Shown here: piece after piece, positions 31,887 to 41,482 of the stretch | Layout of the letters: each line of letters opens with the position of its first letter | How positions within the stretch are numbered: position 1 is the stretch's first letter | Origin: an uncultured Sulfitobacter sp. | Lineage (GTDB): Bacteria > Pseudomonadota > Alphaproteobacteria > Rhodobacterales > Rhodobacteraceae | DNA: 64,000 nt | Direction of reading: 5' to 3' | Assembly (NCBI RefSeq): GCF_947497275.1 | Contig: NZ_CANMFS010000007.1 | Location: forward strand, 80,955 to 144,954 | Translations under genes and position numbers: made by a program | Notes under the pieces: generated by a model | Database searches by the model: none | The model's input: only the letters and a program-made list of their open reading frames with translations | What the model was told of the DNA's origin: nothing

Positions 31887-33284
31887 ATGACTTCCAACAG
31901 CAAAGCGCCCACCCCTCCGTATTTCAACATCGACCCCGAGAAAGCCGCCGCACGCTTGTCCGAGCCTATCGACACCGCGCGATTCGCGAAAGCGGCGGCC
32001 TTCGCCACCCGTGGACGTGATGATCTGGCGCGGCGAGGATACGCGCCCGATGGAAAGAAGCGGCTGCGCAGTTTCTCTACCTGGGAAGTCTGTCGGTATC
32101 TTCTCGACGTGGCCCCCGCCCATCTTCGACGCGTCCTGAAAGCTCATCCGGATCTGCCCCAAGGCGCCGGAGAGGCCGGGTCTAAATGGTTCACTCTTGA
32201 TGAGGTCCTGCGCTTGCGCGAGCACTTCGCGACCGAGGGTGCATCGAACAGGCAATATAAATCGTGGCGTCCGGACGGGCTGCCTGCGAAGATCATCTCC
32301 GTTGCGAACTTCAAGGGCGGCGTCGGAAAGACGTCCACCTGTGCGCATCTCGCAATGTCTGCCGCGTTGGATGGGTACCGTGTTCTGGTCATTGACCTCG
32401 ACAGCCAGGGCTCTCTGACATCGATCATGGGCGGAACAGTGGAAGACGAATGGTCGACAGCGTTTCCGCTTATTGCCAAGGATTTCGCGCGTCACATGCA
32501 GGGCGAAAATACCGTTAGAAAAGCCCGTGGGCAGGCCGAGCTTCCCTTCGACGAAACCCTGACGGAAAGCCTTTCGGTTTCGCCGCGAAACCTGATACAG
32601 ACGACGCATTGGCCCAACATCGACCTGATCGGTGCGCAGCTCAATCTATACTGGGCCGAGTTCCAGGTGCCTGTCTGGCGCATGCAAGTCCGGAACTGGC
32701 CTCTGTGGGACGCATTGACAAATGCCCTGTCGTCAGAGGGCATTCTGGACGACTACGATATCATCCTCATCGACACACCGCCCGCGTTGGGTTACCTGAC
32801 GATCAACGCATTGGCAGCTGCCGATATATTGCTGGTCCCTCTGGGGGCGTCGTTTCTTGAGTTCGACTCGACGGGACGTTTCTTTGATATGCTGTACTCG
32901 ACGTTTGCCAGCATCGAAGAGGGCGAAAACCGGATTAGGCGGCAGGACGGTCTGCCGGAGATGAAGTTCGAGTGGGACGCGGTGCGCGCCTTGATTACCC
33001 GGTTCGATGCAGCGCAACAGACAGATCTGGCGAATGTCATACAGGCCTATTTCGGCGATTTCATGACAACCTACCGGCAAGAGGTAACGGCGATGGTCGG
33101 GCAGGCGGGCGAGCAGGTGAACGGGATCTACGAGGCGGATTATCGGGAGTTCAACCGCGATACCTACGTTCGGGGGCGCGAGGCGTTTGACCGGACATGG
33201 GCTGAGGTGAAAGAGGTCTTGCTGGGAACCTGGTGGCGGGACTTGCAGATGCAGAATGAGGAGGCGCGAGATGGCGAAGCGTAA
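31887..33284 (+). CDS. parA: Plasmid partition ATPase ParA with N-terminal HTH extension
   Basis: ANFKGGVGKTSTCAHLA deviant Walker A, VIDLDSQGSL, IDTPPALG. Confidence 0.93.
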   Translation: MTSNSKAPTPPYFNIDPEKAAARLSEPIDTARFAKAAAFATRGRDDLARRGYAPDGKKRLRSFSTWEVCRYLLDVAPAHLRRVLKAHPDLPQGAGEAGSKWFTLDEVLRLREHFATEGASNRQYKSWRPDGLPAKIISVANFKGGVGKTSTCAHLAMSAALDGYRVLVIDLDSQGSLTSIMGGTVEDEWSTAFPLIAKDFARHMQGENTVRKARGQAELPFDETLTESLSVSPRNLIQTTHWPNIDLIGAQLNLYWAEFQVPVWRMQVRNWPLWDALTNALSSEGILDDYDIILIDTPPALGYLTINALAAADILLVPLGASFLEFDSTGRFFDMLYSTFASIEEGENRIRRQDGLPEMKFEWDAVRALITRFDAAQQTDLANVIQAYFGDFMTTYRQEVTAMVGQAGEQVNGIYEADYREFNRDTYVRGREAFDRTWAEVKEVLLGTWWRDLQMQNEEARDGEA

Positions 33285-34365
33285 GAAACTGGAGGCTCCT
33301 TCGCCCGAGGATCTCAGTAAATTCGAGCAAGAGTTTCGCCGCGAAACCTCTCCTCGAGCGGCGGCGCCGATTGCACAGGTCGCCGCCGAGACGGCAGCCG
33401 CCTATCAGGCAGGCGATCCGGATGCGCGGGCGGACCGGGCGCGCGACGCGGCAGATGCCGCTGACATGCGCAAGGCCGATGCCGATGGGCGGTTGATTCG
33501 CGAGATCGAGATCCGCGAGATCGAACCGCTTTCGATGCAGCGCGACAGGACCATAATCGACGAGGCAGCGCAGGCCGAGCTGGAGCACTCGATCTCAAAC
33601 CACGGCATCCGTCTGCCGATCGAGGTGTATGAATTGCCTCATGCACGGGACGGGCGGCGGTACGGATTGCTATCGGGCTACCGGCGTTTGTTGGCGCAGC
33701 AAAACCTCTATGCGCGCACGCAGATGGATAAATTCCTGACCATCCGCGCGTTGCTGCGCAACCCCGACGAGATGGGCGGTGCCTTTGTTGCGATGGTCGA
33801 GGAGAACGAGATCCGGCAGGATCTGAGCCATTACGAGCGGGGGCGGATTGCCGCCATCGCTGCCCAACAGGGCGCGTTTCACAACACCGAAGAAGCGGTG
33901 AGCGAGATGTTTGCCGCGGCATCCAAGGCGAAGCGAAGCAAGATCCGGTCCTTTGCGATGATTTTCGAAGAACTGGGTGATCTTCTGCAATTCCCTGAAA
34001 ATATGCGTGAAAAGGACGGTTTGCGGCTGGCACAGGCGCTGCGCGGAGGTGCAGAAAGCCGTTTGCGCGAGGTGCTTGATACAGGGCAGGGGGTGGATGC
34101 GCAGAGCGAATGGGCGCTGTTGGAAGCGGTGCTGAAAGAGCAGGGTGATGCGGGTAAGGATCCATCGCGTGGTGGGCGACCGAAGGTGAACGTGCCCAAG
34201 GCCGGGTGGGCCGGTAACGATACGCTTCACACGTCGACCGGCGTGACGATGCGTCGGGAATCGGATTCGAATGGCTATATCATCCGGTTCACCGGCAAGG
34301 GCGTGAGCACTGAATTGATGGAGATGATCATGCGCGATATTCAGGAAAAGCTGGAAATGAAGTAA
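33271..34365 (+). CDS. parB: Plasmid partition protein ParB
   Basis: YGLLSGYRRL (GxRR) box, MVEENEIRQDLSHYERG; follows parA with overlap. Confidence 0.92.
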   Translation: MAKRKKLEAPSPEDLSKFEQEFRRETSPRAAAPIAQVAAETAAAYQAGDPDARADRARDAADAADMRKADADGRLIREIEIREIEPLSMQRDRTIIDEAAQAELEHSISNHGIRLPIEVYELPHARDGRRYGLLSGYRRLLAQQNLYARTQMDKFLTIRALLRNPDEMGGAFVAMVEENEIRQDLSHYERGRIAAIAAQQGAFHNTEEAVSEMFAAASKAKRSKIRSFAMIFEELGDLLQFPENMREKDGLRLAQALRGGAESRLREVLDTGQGVDAQSEWALLEAVLKEQGDAGKDPSRGGRPKVNVPKAGWAGNDTLHTSTGVTMRRESDSNGYIIRFTGKGVSTELMEMIMRDIQEKLEMK

Positions 34366-34563
34366 GATCAACCGGGGGCAGGGTATTCGTATACCACCAT
34401 GCCCTTAGCCAGCGTTCGTTTTGTATTGTGCGGTATCTGCCTGCCTGTTTCGGCGCGAACGCACAGGAACGTCAGTGCAGTTGCGAATGACCGTGCTAAA
34501 TCCCTTGTAATACTCATGTGTGGCGTCTCAGCAAATTCAGTGGTCCGCAGGCTTCGTCTGAAC

Positions 34564-34580
34564 GTATACTGCGTGTATAC
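34564..34580. promoter_or_regulatory. GTATAC-N5-GTATAC box upstream of the GntR gene
   Basis: gtatac tgcgt gtatac; the same architecture recurs at 35350. Confidence 0.55.
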
Positions 34581-34639
34581 CACTTCAGGATCTGAAACAA
34601 CGTAAGGGGCAGGTGCCGCGTGCGCCGGAGAGGATAACG

Positions 34640-35287
34640 ATGACGGCTTCTTCACAATCTTTAGGTATTTCGACCTATGAGCAGATGAAGGCGATGATTC
34701 TGGACGGCACTCTGACACCGGGTGCGGCGTTGCGTGAAAAGGAATTCGCCGATCTGCTGGGGGTATCGCGCACCCCGGTACGCGAGGCGATCGGCCATTT
34801 GGTAAGCAATGGCTTTGCCAAGCGTACATCTGCGGGAACGCCGGTGGTCAACAGCGTGTCGCTGACCGACATCATGGAGATCCTGCATGCGCGCAGTCTG
34901 CTGGAGTGCGAGGCGGCGCGAAAAGCGGCTCTATCGCAGGAAAATACGGACGATTTTGCTGATCTAAGGGTGCAAATCGAAGGGTCTGTGAAAGGGGCAT
35001 ATCCGGATGAGGGTACGCGGGAGGCGCTAGATGAAAAGGTGCATCTGGCGGTTGCGCACAGAGCCGGGTCGCGTTTGCTGGCCGAACTGATTGAAGGACT
35101 GAACGTCAGGGCACAGTTGTACGACAGAGGGTCGATCCCCGACCGGTTCGAGCCGGTTTGCCGCGAACATCTCGCAATCATTGATGCCATCCTGGCCGGT
35201 ACGCCGGATATCGCAGCGGAAGCGATGAGACTGCACCTCAAGAAAGTACGGGACGCCATTATCTCCGATATTGATCACCCGTTTTGA
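34640..35287 (+). CDS. GntR-family (FCD) transcriptional regulator
   Basis: LREKEFADLLGVSRTPVREAI wHTH; D..VHLAV and EHLAIIDAI FCD motifs. Confidence 0.9.
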   Translation: MTASSQSLGISTYEQMKAMILDGTLTPGAALREKEFADLLGVSRTPVREAIGHLVSNGFAKRTSAGTPVVNSVSLTDIMEILHARSLLECEAARKAALSQENTDDFADLRVQIEGSVKGAYPDEGTREALDEKVHLAVAHRAGSRLLAELIEGLNVRAQLYDRGSIPDRFEPVCREHLAIIDAILAGTPDIAAEAMRLHLKKVRDAIISDIDHPF

Positions 35288-35349
35288 AAGCATTTCCGGG
35301 CAAACGGGCATAAGCGGGGAGAGAGACAAAACACATCTGTATTTGACGT

Positions 35350-35366
35350 GTATACACAAAGTATAC
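35350..35366. promoter_or_regulatory. GTATAC-N5-GTATAC box upstream of the MFS gene
   Basis: gtatac acaaa gtatac. Confidence 0.55.
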
Positions 35367-35571
35367 CGGATTTGCAGGATGGGTACGCGCAGGTGTACCC
35401 AGGAGGATCGCAAGGACCTGGGCCCGAATGCGGTAGCATCGCGCTTGATACGCAGCGCAAGTCGCGGAATGCCGCTTGCGACGGGTGGGAAGGAATGGCA
35501 CTGGATCTGCACACCCCTTGAGACTGCCGCGCTAAACGGCGATGCTGGTGGGCATGGAAATGAGGACCGCC

Positions 35572-37197
35572 GTGGCAGACCGCACATCCCCGCTATTGCT
35601 GTTTCAGAACCGCACGTTCCGGTCGTTGTGGATCGCGGCGCTGGCGTCGAACTTTGGCGGGCTGGTACAGGCGGTCGGCGCGGCGTGGATGATGACTGCG
35701 CTGTCGGACAAGCAAAGCATGGTGGCCCTTGTGCAGGGGTCCGTCGCGTTGCCGATTATGGTGTTTTCGCTTCTGGCGGGCGTGTTCGCGGATAATTTCG
35801 ACCGCAGGCGGGTGATGTTGATCGCACAGGCGTTCATGTTCGTGGTGTCGATCATCCTGACAGTGATGGCGTTCGAGGGGTGGCTGACGCCTTGGCTGTT
35901 GCTGGCATTCACTTTCATGATCGGCTGCGGCACCGCGCTGCACAACCCGTCGTGGCAAGCGACGATGGGCGATATCGTGTCGCGCGAGGAATTGCCGAGT
36001 GCCGTGTCGCTCAACAGCATGGGGTTCAACCTGATGCGCAGCGTCGGACCTGCGGCGGGGGGGGCCATCGTGGCGCTGGCCGGTGCGGCGGCGGCCTTTG
36101 CGGTCAACGCGCTGAGCTATGTAGCGATCATTCTGGCGCTGCTGCGTTGGGAGGCACCTCCGCGTGACACGCATCTGCCGCGCGAGCCGATGGGTGCGGC
36201 CTTTGCCGCCGGACTGCGCTATGCGGCGATGTCGCCCAATCTGCTGCGGGTGATCCTGCGCGGGTTCTGGTTCGGGCTGGCGGCGATTGCGCTGTTGGCG
36301 TTGTTGCCGGTGGTGGTGCGGGTGATGTTGGAAGGCACGGCGTTCGTCTATGGCCTGATGCTGGGATGTTTCGGGCTGGGTGCCGTGGGCGGTGCGCTGG
36401 CCAACGCGGGTTTGCGGGCGCGGTTCACCAACGAGGTTATCGCGCGCGGGGCGTTTTGCGGTTTCGCTGCCAGCTGCACGGTCCTGGCGCTGAGTGGGAT
36501 GCCGGCGCTGAGCGGTGCGGCGCTGGCGCTGGCGGGGGCGTGTTGGGTGCTGGCGCTGTCGATGTTCAACGTCACGGTGCAACTGTCGACGCCACGCTGG
36601 GTCGTGGGGCGGGCGCTGGCGCTGTACCAGACCGGCACCTTTGGCGGCATGGCGGCGGGCAGCTGGATCTGGGGTGCGATGGCAGAGCGGATGACCACCG
36701 GGCCCACATTGATGATCGCAGCTGTCCTGTTGCTAGGCGGGGCGTTGATCGGGCTGCGGCTGCCGTTGCCGGAATTTCACGGGCTGAACCTGGACCCGTT
36801 GAACCGGTTCAAGGAGCCGACGCTGCGCTTTGATCTGAATTATCGCAGCGGACCGGTGATGGTGATGGTGGATTACGAGATCGCACAGGAGGATGTGCAG
36901 GATTTCCTGACCGCGATGAGCCAGCGCCGCCGGACCCGCATCCGCGACGGGGCGCAGCAATGGGCGTTGTTGCGCGATTTGCAGGACCCCGGGCATTGGA
37001 GCGAGAGCTATCATGTGCCGACCTGGGGCGAGTACGTGCGCCACAACGAACGCCGCACCCAATCGGATGCGGCGCTGTCGGACCGGTTGCGGGCGTTGCA
37101 CCGGGGGCCGGACGCGCCGGTGGTGCACAGGATGATCGAACGCCAGACCGTGCCGTTGCACGATGATCTGGCGCTGAAACAGGAGCGGGCACCCTAG
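35572..37197 (+). CDS. MFS transporter (MFS_3/DUF894-like) with C-terminal soluble extension
   Basis: FRSLWIAALASNFG, GVFADNFDRRRVM, SWQATMGDIV, RSVGPAAGG; C-terminal GPVMVMVDY..RDGAQQW..WGEYVRH; GTG start inferred (the ORF is open from 35542). Confidence 0.88.
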   Translation: MADRTSPLLLFQNRTFRSLWIAALASNFGGLVQAVGAAWMMTALSDKQSMVALVQGSVALPIMVFSLLAGVFADNFDRRRVMLIAQAFMFVVSIILTVMAFEGWLTPWLLLAFTFMIGCGTALHNPSWQATMGDIVSREELPSAVSLNSMGFNLMRSVGPAAGGAIVALAGAAAAFAVNALSYVAIILALLRWEAPPRDTHLPREPMGAAFAAGLRYAAMSPNLLRVILRGFWFGLAAIALLALLPVVVRVMLEGTAFVYGLMLGCFGLGAVGGALANAGLRARFTNEVIARGAFCGFAASCTVLALSGMPALSGAALALAGACWVLALSMFNVTVQLSTPRWVVGRALALYQTGTFGGMAAGSWIWGAMAERMTTGPTLMIAAVLLLGGALIGLRLPLPEFHGLNLDPLNRFKEPTLRFDLNYRSGPVMVMVDYEIAQEDVQDFLTAMSQRRRTRIRDGAQQWALLRDLQDPGHWSESYHVPTWGEYVRHNERRTQSDAALSDRLRALHRGPDAPVVHRMIERQTVPLHDDLALKQERAP

Positions 37198-38120
37198 CGG
37201 TAGATGAAGGTTTCGAATGCGCCGCTTTCGGTGACGCGGCCGCGGTACATGCCTTCACAGTTGAACGGCATTGTGATGTTACCCCCTGCGTCGACCGCGA
37301 TCACCCCGCCGGAGCCGTCGTTCTGGGCCAGATCGTGCATCACCACTTGGGCAGCCGCGTCTTCGAGCGTCTGGCCCGCATGGCGCATCCGCGCGGCGAT
37401 TTCTGCGGCGGCGGTGAAGCGGATGAACACCTCGCCGTGGCCGGTGGCGGAAACGGCGCAGGTGGCGTTGTCGGCGAAAGTGCCCGCGCCGATCATCGGC
37501 GTATCACCGATGCGGCCCGGCAGCTTTGCCGTCATGCCGCCGGTCGATGTGGCTGCCGCGACGGTGCCCTGCATGTCGCAGGCCACAGCGCCCACAGTAC
37601 CGTGACGGCGGGCGGGGTCGTTGTCTTCGATCCCTTCGGCGCGCATCTTCAGCGTGGATTGCAGGGCGTCCCAGCGGGTTTGTGTGAAGAAGTAATCGGG
37701 ATCGCCGAAAGGCAGGTCGGTGGCGCGGGCCACCTCCAGCGCGTTGGGGCCGATGAGCATGACATGATCGGTCCGCTCCATCACGGCACGGGCTGCACGG
37801 ATCGGGTTGCGCGGGCCGAAGATTCCGCCGACCGCACCGGCGGCGCGGCGGGCTCCGTCCATCACGGCTGCGTCCATCTCCTGTTTGTCATCGGAGGTGA
37901 ACACCGCGCCGCGGCCGGCGTTGAACAGCGGTTCATCCTCAAGCACGCAGACCGCTGCGGTCACGGCGTCCAGTGCGCTGCCGCCCGATGACAGCACCTT
38001 GTGGCCTGCGTCGAGCGCGGCGCGCAGACCGGCGTGATAGCCGGCCTCCAGCTCCGGTGTGAGGTTTTCGCGAAGGATGGTGCCGGCGCCACCGTGTACG
38101 GCGAGTGAAAACGTGCTCAT
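37194..38120 (-). CDS. iaaA: Isoaspartyl peptidase / plant-type L-asparaginase (Ntn hydrolase)
   Basis: LAVHGGAG, FNAGRGAVF, EMDAAVMDG, HGTVGAVA (nucleophilic Thr), AATSTGG, GRIGDTP, ATGHGE. Confidence 0.92.
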   Translation of the reverse strand: MSTFSLAVHGGAGTILRENLTPELEAGYHAGLRAALDAGHKVLSSGGSALDAVTAAVCVLEDEPLFNAGRGAVFTSDDKQEMDAAVMDGARRAAGAVGGIFGPRNPIRAARAVMERTDHVMLIGPNALEVARATDLPFGDPDYFFTQTRWDALQSTLKMRAEGIEDNDPARRHGTVGAVACDMQGTVAAATSTGGMTAKLPGRIGDTPMIGAGTFADNATCAVSATGHGEVFIRFTAAAEIAARMRHAGQTLEDAAAQVVMHDLAQNDGSGGVIAVDAGGNITMPFNCEGMYRGRVTESGAFETFIYR

Positions 38121-39022
38121 TTTGGTCCTTTCGGGGTCAGCCCCGCTTGGGTGGCGCAGTAGTGCGCGATTTGCGCATGGGTAGCGATCCAGACGTCGCC
38201 CTTGTCGGTGATCCGGTCCAGCAACTCTTCGAGGATGAAGATGCGGCTGCGGTAGCCGGTCACATGCGGGTGCATGGTGAGCAGGAACAAGCCGCCCTCG
38301 GCATAGGCACCTTCGAATTCGCGGGCGAAGATGTCGAGCACGTCGGCGGGCGGGGTATAGGGCCGCTGTGCGCCGAAACGGTTCATCATGAAATAGACCG
38401 CGTCGTCGCGGATCCATTCGACGGGCAGTTCGACAAGCCCGGTCGCCGCGCCGTTCTGCACGATCTCGTAGGGGTCGTCGTCGGAGAACAGCGAGCTGTC
38501 GTAGAGCAGTCCCATCTCGCGCGCGAGGCTGAGCGTGTTGGGGCTGTAATCCCACGACGGCGTGCGCATGCCCACGGGACGCGTGCCGCTGATGTGTTCG
38601 AGGGTATCGGCGGCGCGCAGCATCAGGTCGCGCTCGGTCGCCTCATCCAGCTTGGTATTCAACTCGTGGATCCAGCCGTGCAACGCGATTTCGTGGCCGT
38701 CTTCCGCAAGGCTGCGCTGTTCTTCGAGGTGCAGCAGGGCGGAAACGGCGGGCACGAAAAAGCTGGCCTTGACGCCGAAGCGATCAAGCACCTTGCGGAT
38801 ACGCGGCACGCCCCGGCGCGCGCCATATTCGCCCCAGCTGAGCCGCGCGGTGGAAGTACCGCCGTCGCGCAACTCGTTCGTTTCGTGGTCACTGTCAAAC
38901 GACAGGGCCACCGCGCAGCGTGCGCCGCCCGGCCATGTGTCGGGCAACAGGTTCCGGCCTGCGCGCACGGCCTCGACCTTGCCGCGCCATGTTGGGTCGT
39001 CCCATGTGTGCGGATCGCTCAT
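38117..39022 (-). CDS. Polysaccharide deacetylase (CE4/PuuE-like) family amidohydrolase
   Basis: ALSFDSD, ASFFVPA, HEIALHGWIHE, GMRTPSW, LYDSSL, LTMHPHVTG. Confidence 0.85.
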   Translation of the reverse strand: MSDPHTWDDPTWRGKVEAVRAGRNLLPDTWPGGARCAVALSFDSDHETNELRDGGTSTARLSWGEYGARRGVPRIRKVLDRFGVKASFFVPAVSALLHLEEQRSLAEDGHEIALHGWIHELNTKLDEATERDLMLRAADTLEHISGTRPVGMRTPSWDYSPNTLSLAREMGLLYDSSLFSDDDPYEIVQNGAATGLVELPVEWIRDDAVYFMMNRFGAQRPYTPPADVLDIFAREFEGAYAEGGLFLLTMHPHVTGYRSRIFILEELLDRITDKGDVWIATHAQIAHYCATQAGLTPKGPK

Positions 39023-39774
39023 GCGTGCCCTCCATCGACTTGTAGGGTCTGCCCGGTGATCCAAGCGGCCTTGTCCGAGCACAGGAAGGTGACGGCGTCG
39101 GCGATGTCCTGCGCACGGCCCAGACGGCGCATGTGGATGCTGCCGACAATCTGTTTCTGACGCGCGGGACCGAAGGCATCCCACTGCCGTTCCGTCGCCG
39201 GATTGGACAGGATGAATCCGGGGGCTACGGAATTGACGGTGATGCCGGCGGGGCCGAGTTCGAGTGCCAGTTGTTTCGTCAGCCCGATCAGCGCGTGTTT
39301 GGCCGAGGCGTAGGCCTGTATGCCGGTGAGGCTCGCCTTGAGCCCCGCGCCGGACGAGATGGTGACGATGCGCCCTTGGCCGCGTTCCTTCATGCCGGGT
39401 GCCAGAGCCTGCGCGCACCACATCGCGGCATCGACGTTGGCGGCAAAGATCGCGTGCCAGTCATCGGGGATGATCTGTTCCAGCGGGCGGCCAACCTGTC
39501 CGCGCACGCCGCCCGCGGCTGTGACCAACCCGTCGATCCGCCCGTGGTGATCGACCGCTTCGGCGCACAGTGCCTGCGCGCTGGATTGGCTGCCCAGATC
39601 ACCGGCGTGGCAGGAAACGCGGGGCAGGGCCGCCAGATCGGCCATGCCTTCGGCGTCGATGTCGAGGGCAGCCACCGATGCTCCGGCGTCCGCGAGGCCG
39701 CGCACGATGGCGGCACCGATGCCCTGCGCCGCGCCGGTGACGGCGAATGTCTTTCCCGCAAGGCTCAGCTGCAT
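39019..39774 (-). CDS. Classical short-chain dehydrogenase/reductase
   Basis: TGAAQGIG, YASAK, ITVNSVAPG, WITGQTLQVDGG. Confidence 0.92.
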   Translation of the reverse strand: MQLSLAGKTFAVTGAAQGIGAAIVRGLADAGASVAALDIDAEGMADLAALPRVSCHAGDLGSQSSAQALCAEAVDHHGRIDGLVTAAGGVRGQVGRPLEQIIPDDWHAIFAANVDAAMWCAQALAPGMKERGQGRIVTISSGAGLKASLTGIQAYASAKHALIGLTKQLALELGPAGITVNSVAPGFILSNPATERQWDAFGPARQKQIVGSIHMRRLGRAQDIADAVTFLCSDKAAWITGQTLQVDGGHA

Positions 39775-40784
39775 AGCGGCACCATCAGATCGAGCAAATC
39801 GGTGGACTGCGCGCGGGTGCCGTTTTCGATGTCGTGGATCAGGTCGCACAGCATTGCCAGTGCGGGCGTGTCGATGCCGTGCACGCGACCGATTTCGACC
39901 AGCACACCGATCTGTGCGTCCACTTCCGTCTTGCGCTTGCGCACGGCCAGATCGCGGTAGATGCCGGAATGGGTTTTGGCAGTTTTCCGGTTGTGTGCGA
40001 CCATCGCGTCAATCGCGGCGTCGATGCCTGCTGCGTCGCCCGTGCGGAAGGCGTCCGGATCGAAACCGTTAAAGCCCAGCGGTGCGACCCCTTCGGCAGC
40101 GGCCAGTTGCATCACCTCGTCCCCCAGTTTGGCATAGACGCAGCGGGTCGCAACGGGTTCCATCGCGTCGGACATAGAGGCGGGCGTGAGGGCGGTGGCG
40201 AACAACAGCGCACCGTAGCCGCATTTGCCCCACAGATAGCCCCATATGTTGTCGGTCTTGACCGCCGCCGGCTCGACGATGCTGAAGAGCGCGTGCATCT
40301 CGCGCAGGCGCGCGGTGTCGGAGCCGTCGAGTTCGCCCAATGCCACCGTCGCGCGGTTGCCGTAAAGGATGCGCCCCGGCTCCAGCCAGTCGGCACCGAA
40401 ATTCACGAAGCAGCCCAGCGTCCGCTTTGGCCCGATGGTTGCCGCGATGACCCGTTCGTTGAGGCCGTTCTGTGCCGAGACGACATAGCCGTCCGGGGCC
40501 AGATGCGGCAGCAGCATATCCAGGGCGGCTTCGGTATGGTGTGCCTTGACGGCGAGGATCACGCGACGGTAGGTGCCGTTGAGCGTGGCGGGAGTATCGG
40601 CGGGCAGAACCTGGGTGAACGTCTCCACCGGGCCTTCGATGTGCAGGCCGGTGGTGCGCATGGCGGTGACGTGATCCTCGACGATGTCGACCATGCGCAC
40701 GGGGTGGCCCGCACGCGCCAGATACGCGCCGAGGATGCCGCCAATGGCGCCTGCGCCCCAGATCAGGACAGCATCGTCGCTCAT
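39765..40784 (-). CDS. Ketopantoate reductase (PanE/ApbA)-like oxidoreductase
   Basis: IWGAGAIGG, LAVKA, SAQNGL, LWGK, SGIYRDL..RKTEVDAQIG. Confidence 0.85.
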   Translation of the reverse strand: MSDDAVLIWGAGAIGGILGAYLARAGHPVRMVDIVEDHVTAMRTTGLHIEGPVETFTQVLPADTPATLNGTYRRVILAVKAHHTEAALDMLLPHLAPDGYVVSAQNGLNERVIAATIGPKRTLGCFVNFGADWLEPGRILYGNRATVALGELDGSDTARLREMHALFSIVEPAAVKTDNIWGYLWGKCGYGALLFATALTPASMSDAMEPVATRCVYAKLGDEVMQLAAAEGVAPLGFNGFDPDAFRTGDAAGIDAAIDAMVAHNRKTAKTHSGIYRDLAVRKRKTEVDAQIGVLVEIGRVHGIDTPALAMLCDLIHDIENGTRAQSTDLLDLMVPLCS

Positions 40785-41482
40785 GACCAGTCTCCGGTCA
40801 GCTGCGCGCGCGTTTCCTCGACCGCGACGGCCCAGATGCGGTGCATGTCCGCGTCCGGTTTTTGGTAGTGGCCGCCATAGTTGCCGTCGCCGATCAGGTC
40901 GCGCACGCCTTGTGCGTTGCGGTCGCGCAGCCGGTCGAAATCGACATAGGGTTTTTGCTCGGACGGCATTTCGCGGCCTTCCAGACGGGTCCAGGGAAAA
41001 TTCTCCATCCAGGAAGCGTGCGAGGCGATTTCGTCGACCTCCTGCACCGCCGCCCATGTTTGCGGTGCGCGCCACCAGTCATGGAAGCGGCAGCGCGCGC
41101 CGGTGCGGTCCTGCATCCATTCGGCGCAGACCGGCTGCACCGGACTGTTGCCGCCGTGGCCGTTGACGATGAGAACGCGGCGGAACCCGGTGTCGTAGAG
41201 GCTGTCGAGGATGTCGCGCACGAGCGCGGCGTAGGTGCGCAGCCGCAGCGAGACGGTGCCGGGAAAGCCCATGAAATAGGGTGTCAGCCCGTAGGGCACG
41301 GCGGGAAATACGGGGATGCCGAGCGGTTCGGCGGCGTCAACGGCCATTTTGCCCGACAGGATGCTGTCGACCGACAAGCTCAGATGCGCGTGTTGTTCGG
41401 TGCTGCCCAGCGGCAGAACGCAGCGGTCGTCCGTTTCGAGGTACTTCTCGATGTCGAACCAGGTGCTGTCAGTGATTTTCAT
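40781..41482 (-). CDS. Creatininase / creatinine amidohydrolase family protein
   Basis: LPLGSTEQHAHL..D, FPGTVSL, IVNGHGGN, HASWME. Confidence 0.88.
   Translation of the reverse strand: MKITDSTWFDIEKYLETDDRCVLPLGSTEQHAHLSLSVDSILSGKMAVDAAEPLGIPVFPAVPYGLTPYFMGFPGTVSLRLRTYAALVRDILDSLYDTGFRRVLIVNGHGGNSPVQPVCAEWMQDRTGARCRFHDWWRAPQTWAAVQEVDEIASHASWMENFPWTRLEGREMPSEQKPYVDFDRLRDRNAQGVRDLIGDGNYGGHYQKPDADMHRIWAVAVEETRAQLTGDWS

Noticed and set aside
30174-34365. RepABC replicon
   Set aside because: The initiator is divergent from parAB and has no RepC features; the layout is not repA-repB-repC.
37194-38120. Cyanophycin utilisation (beta-Asp-Arg cleaved by IaaA, feeding Arg to ArcA)
   Set aside because: An attractive link, but no cyanophycinase is in the window and IaaA sits in an unrelated operon 25 kb away; unsupported.
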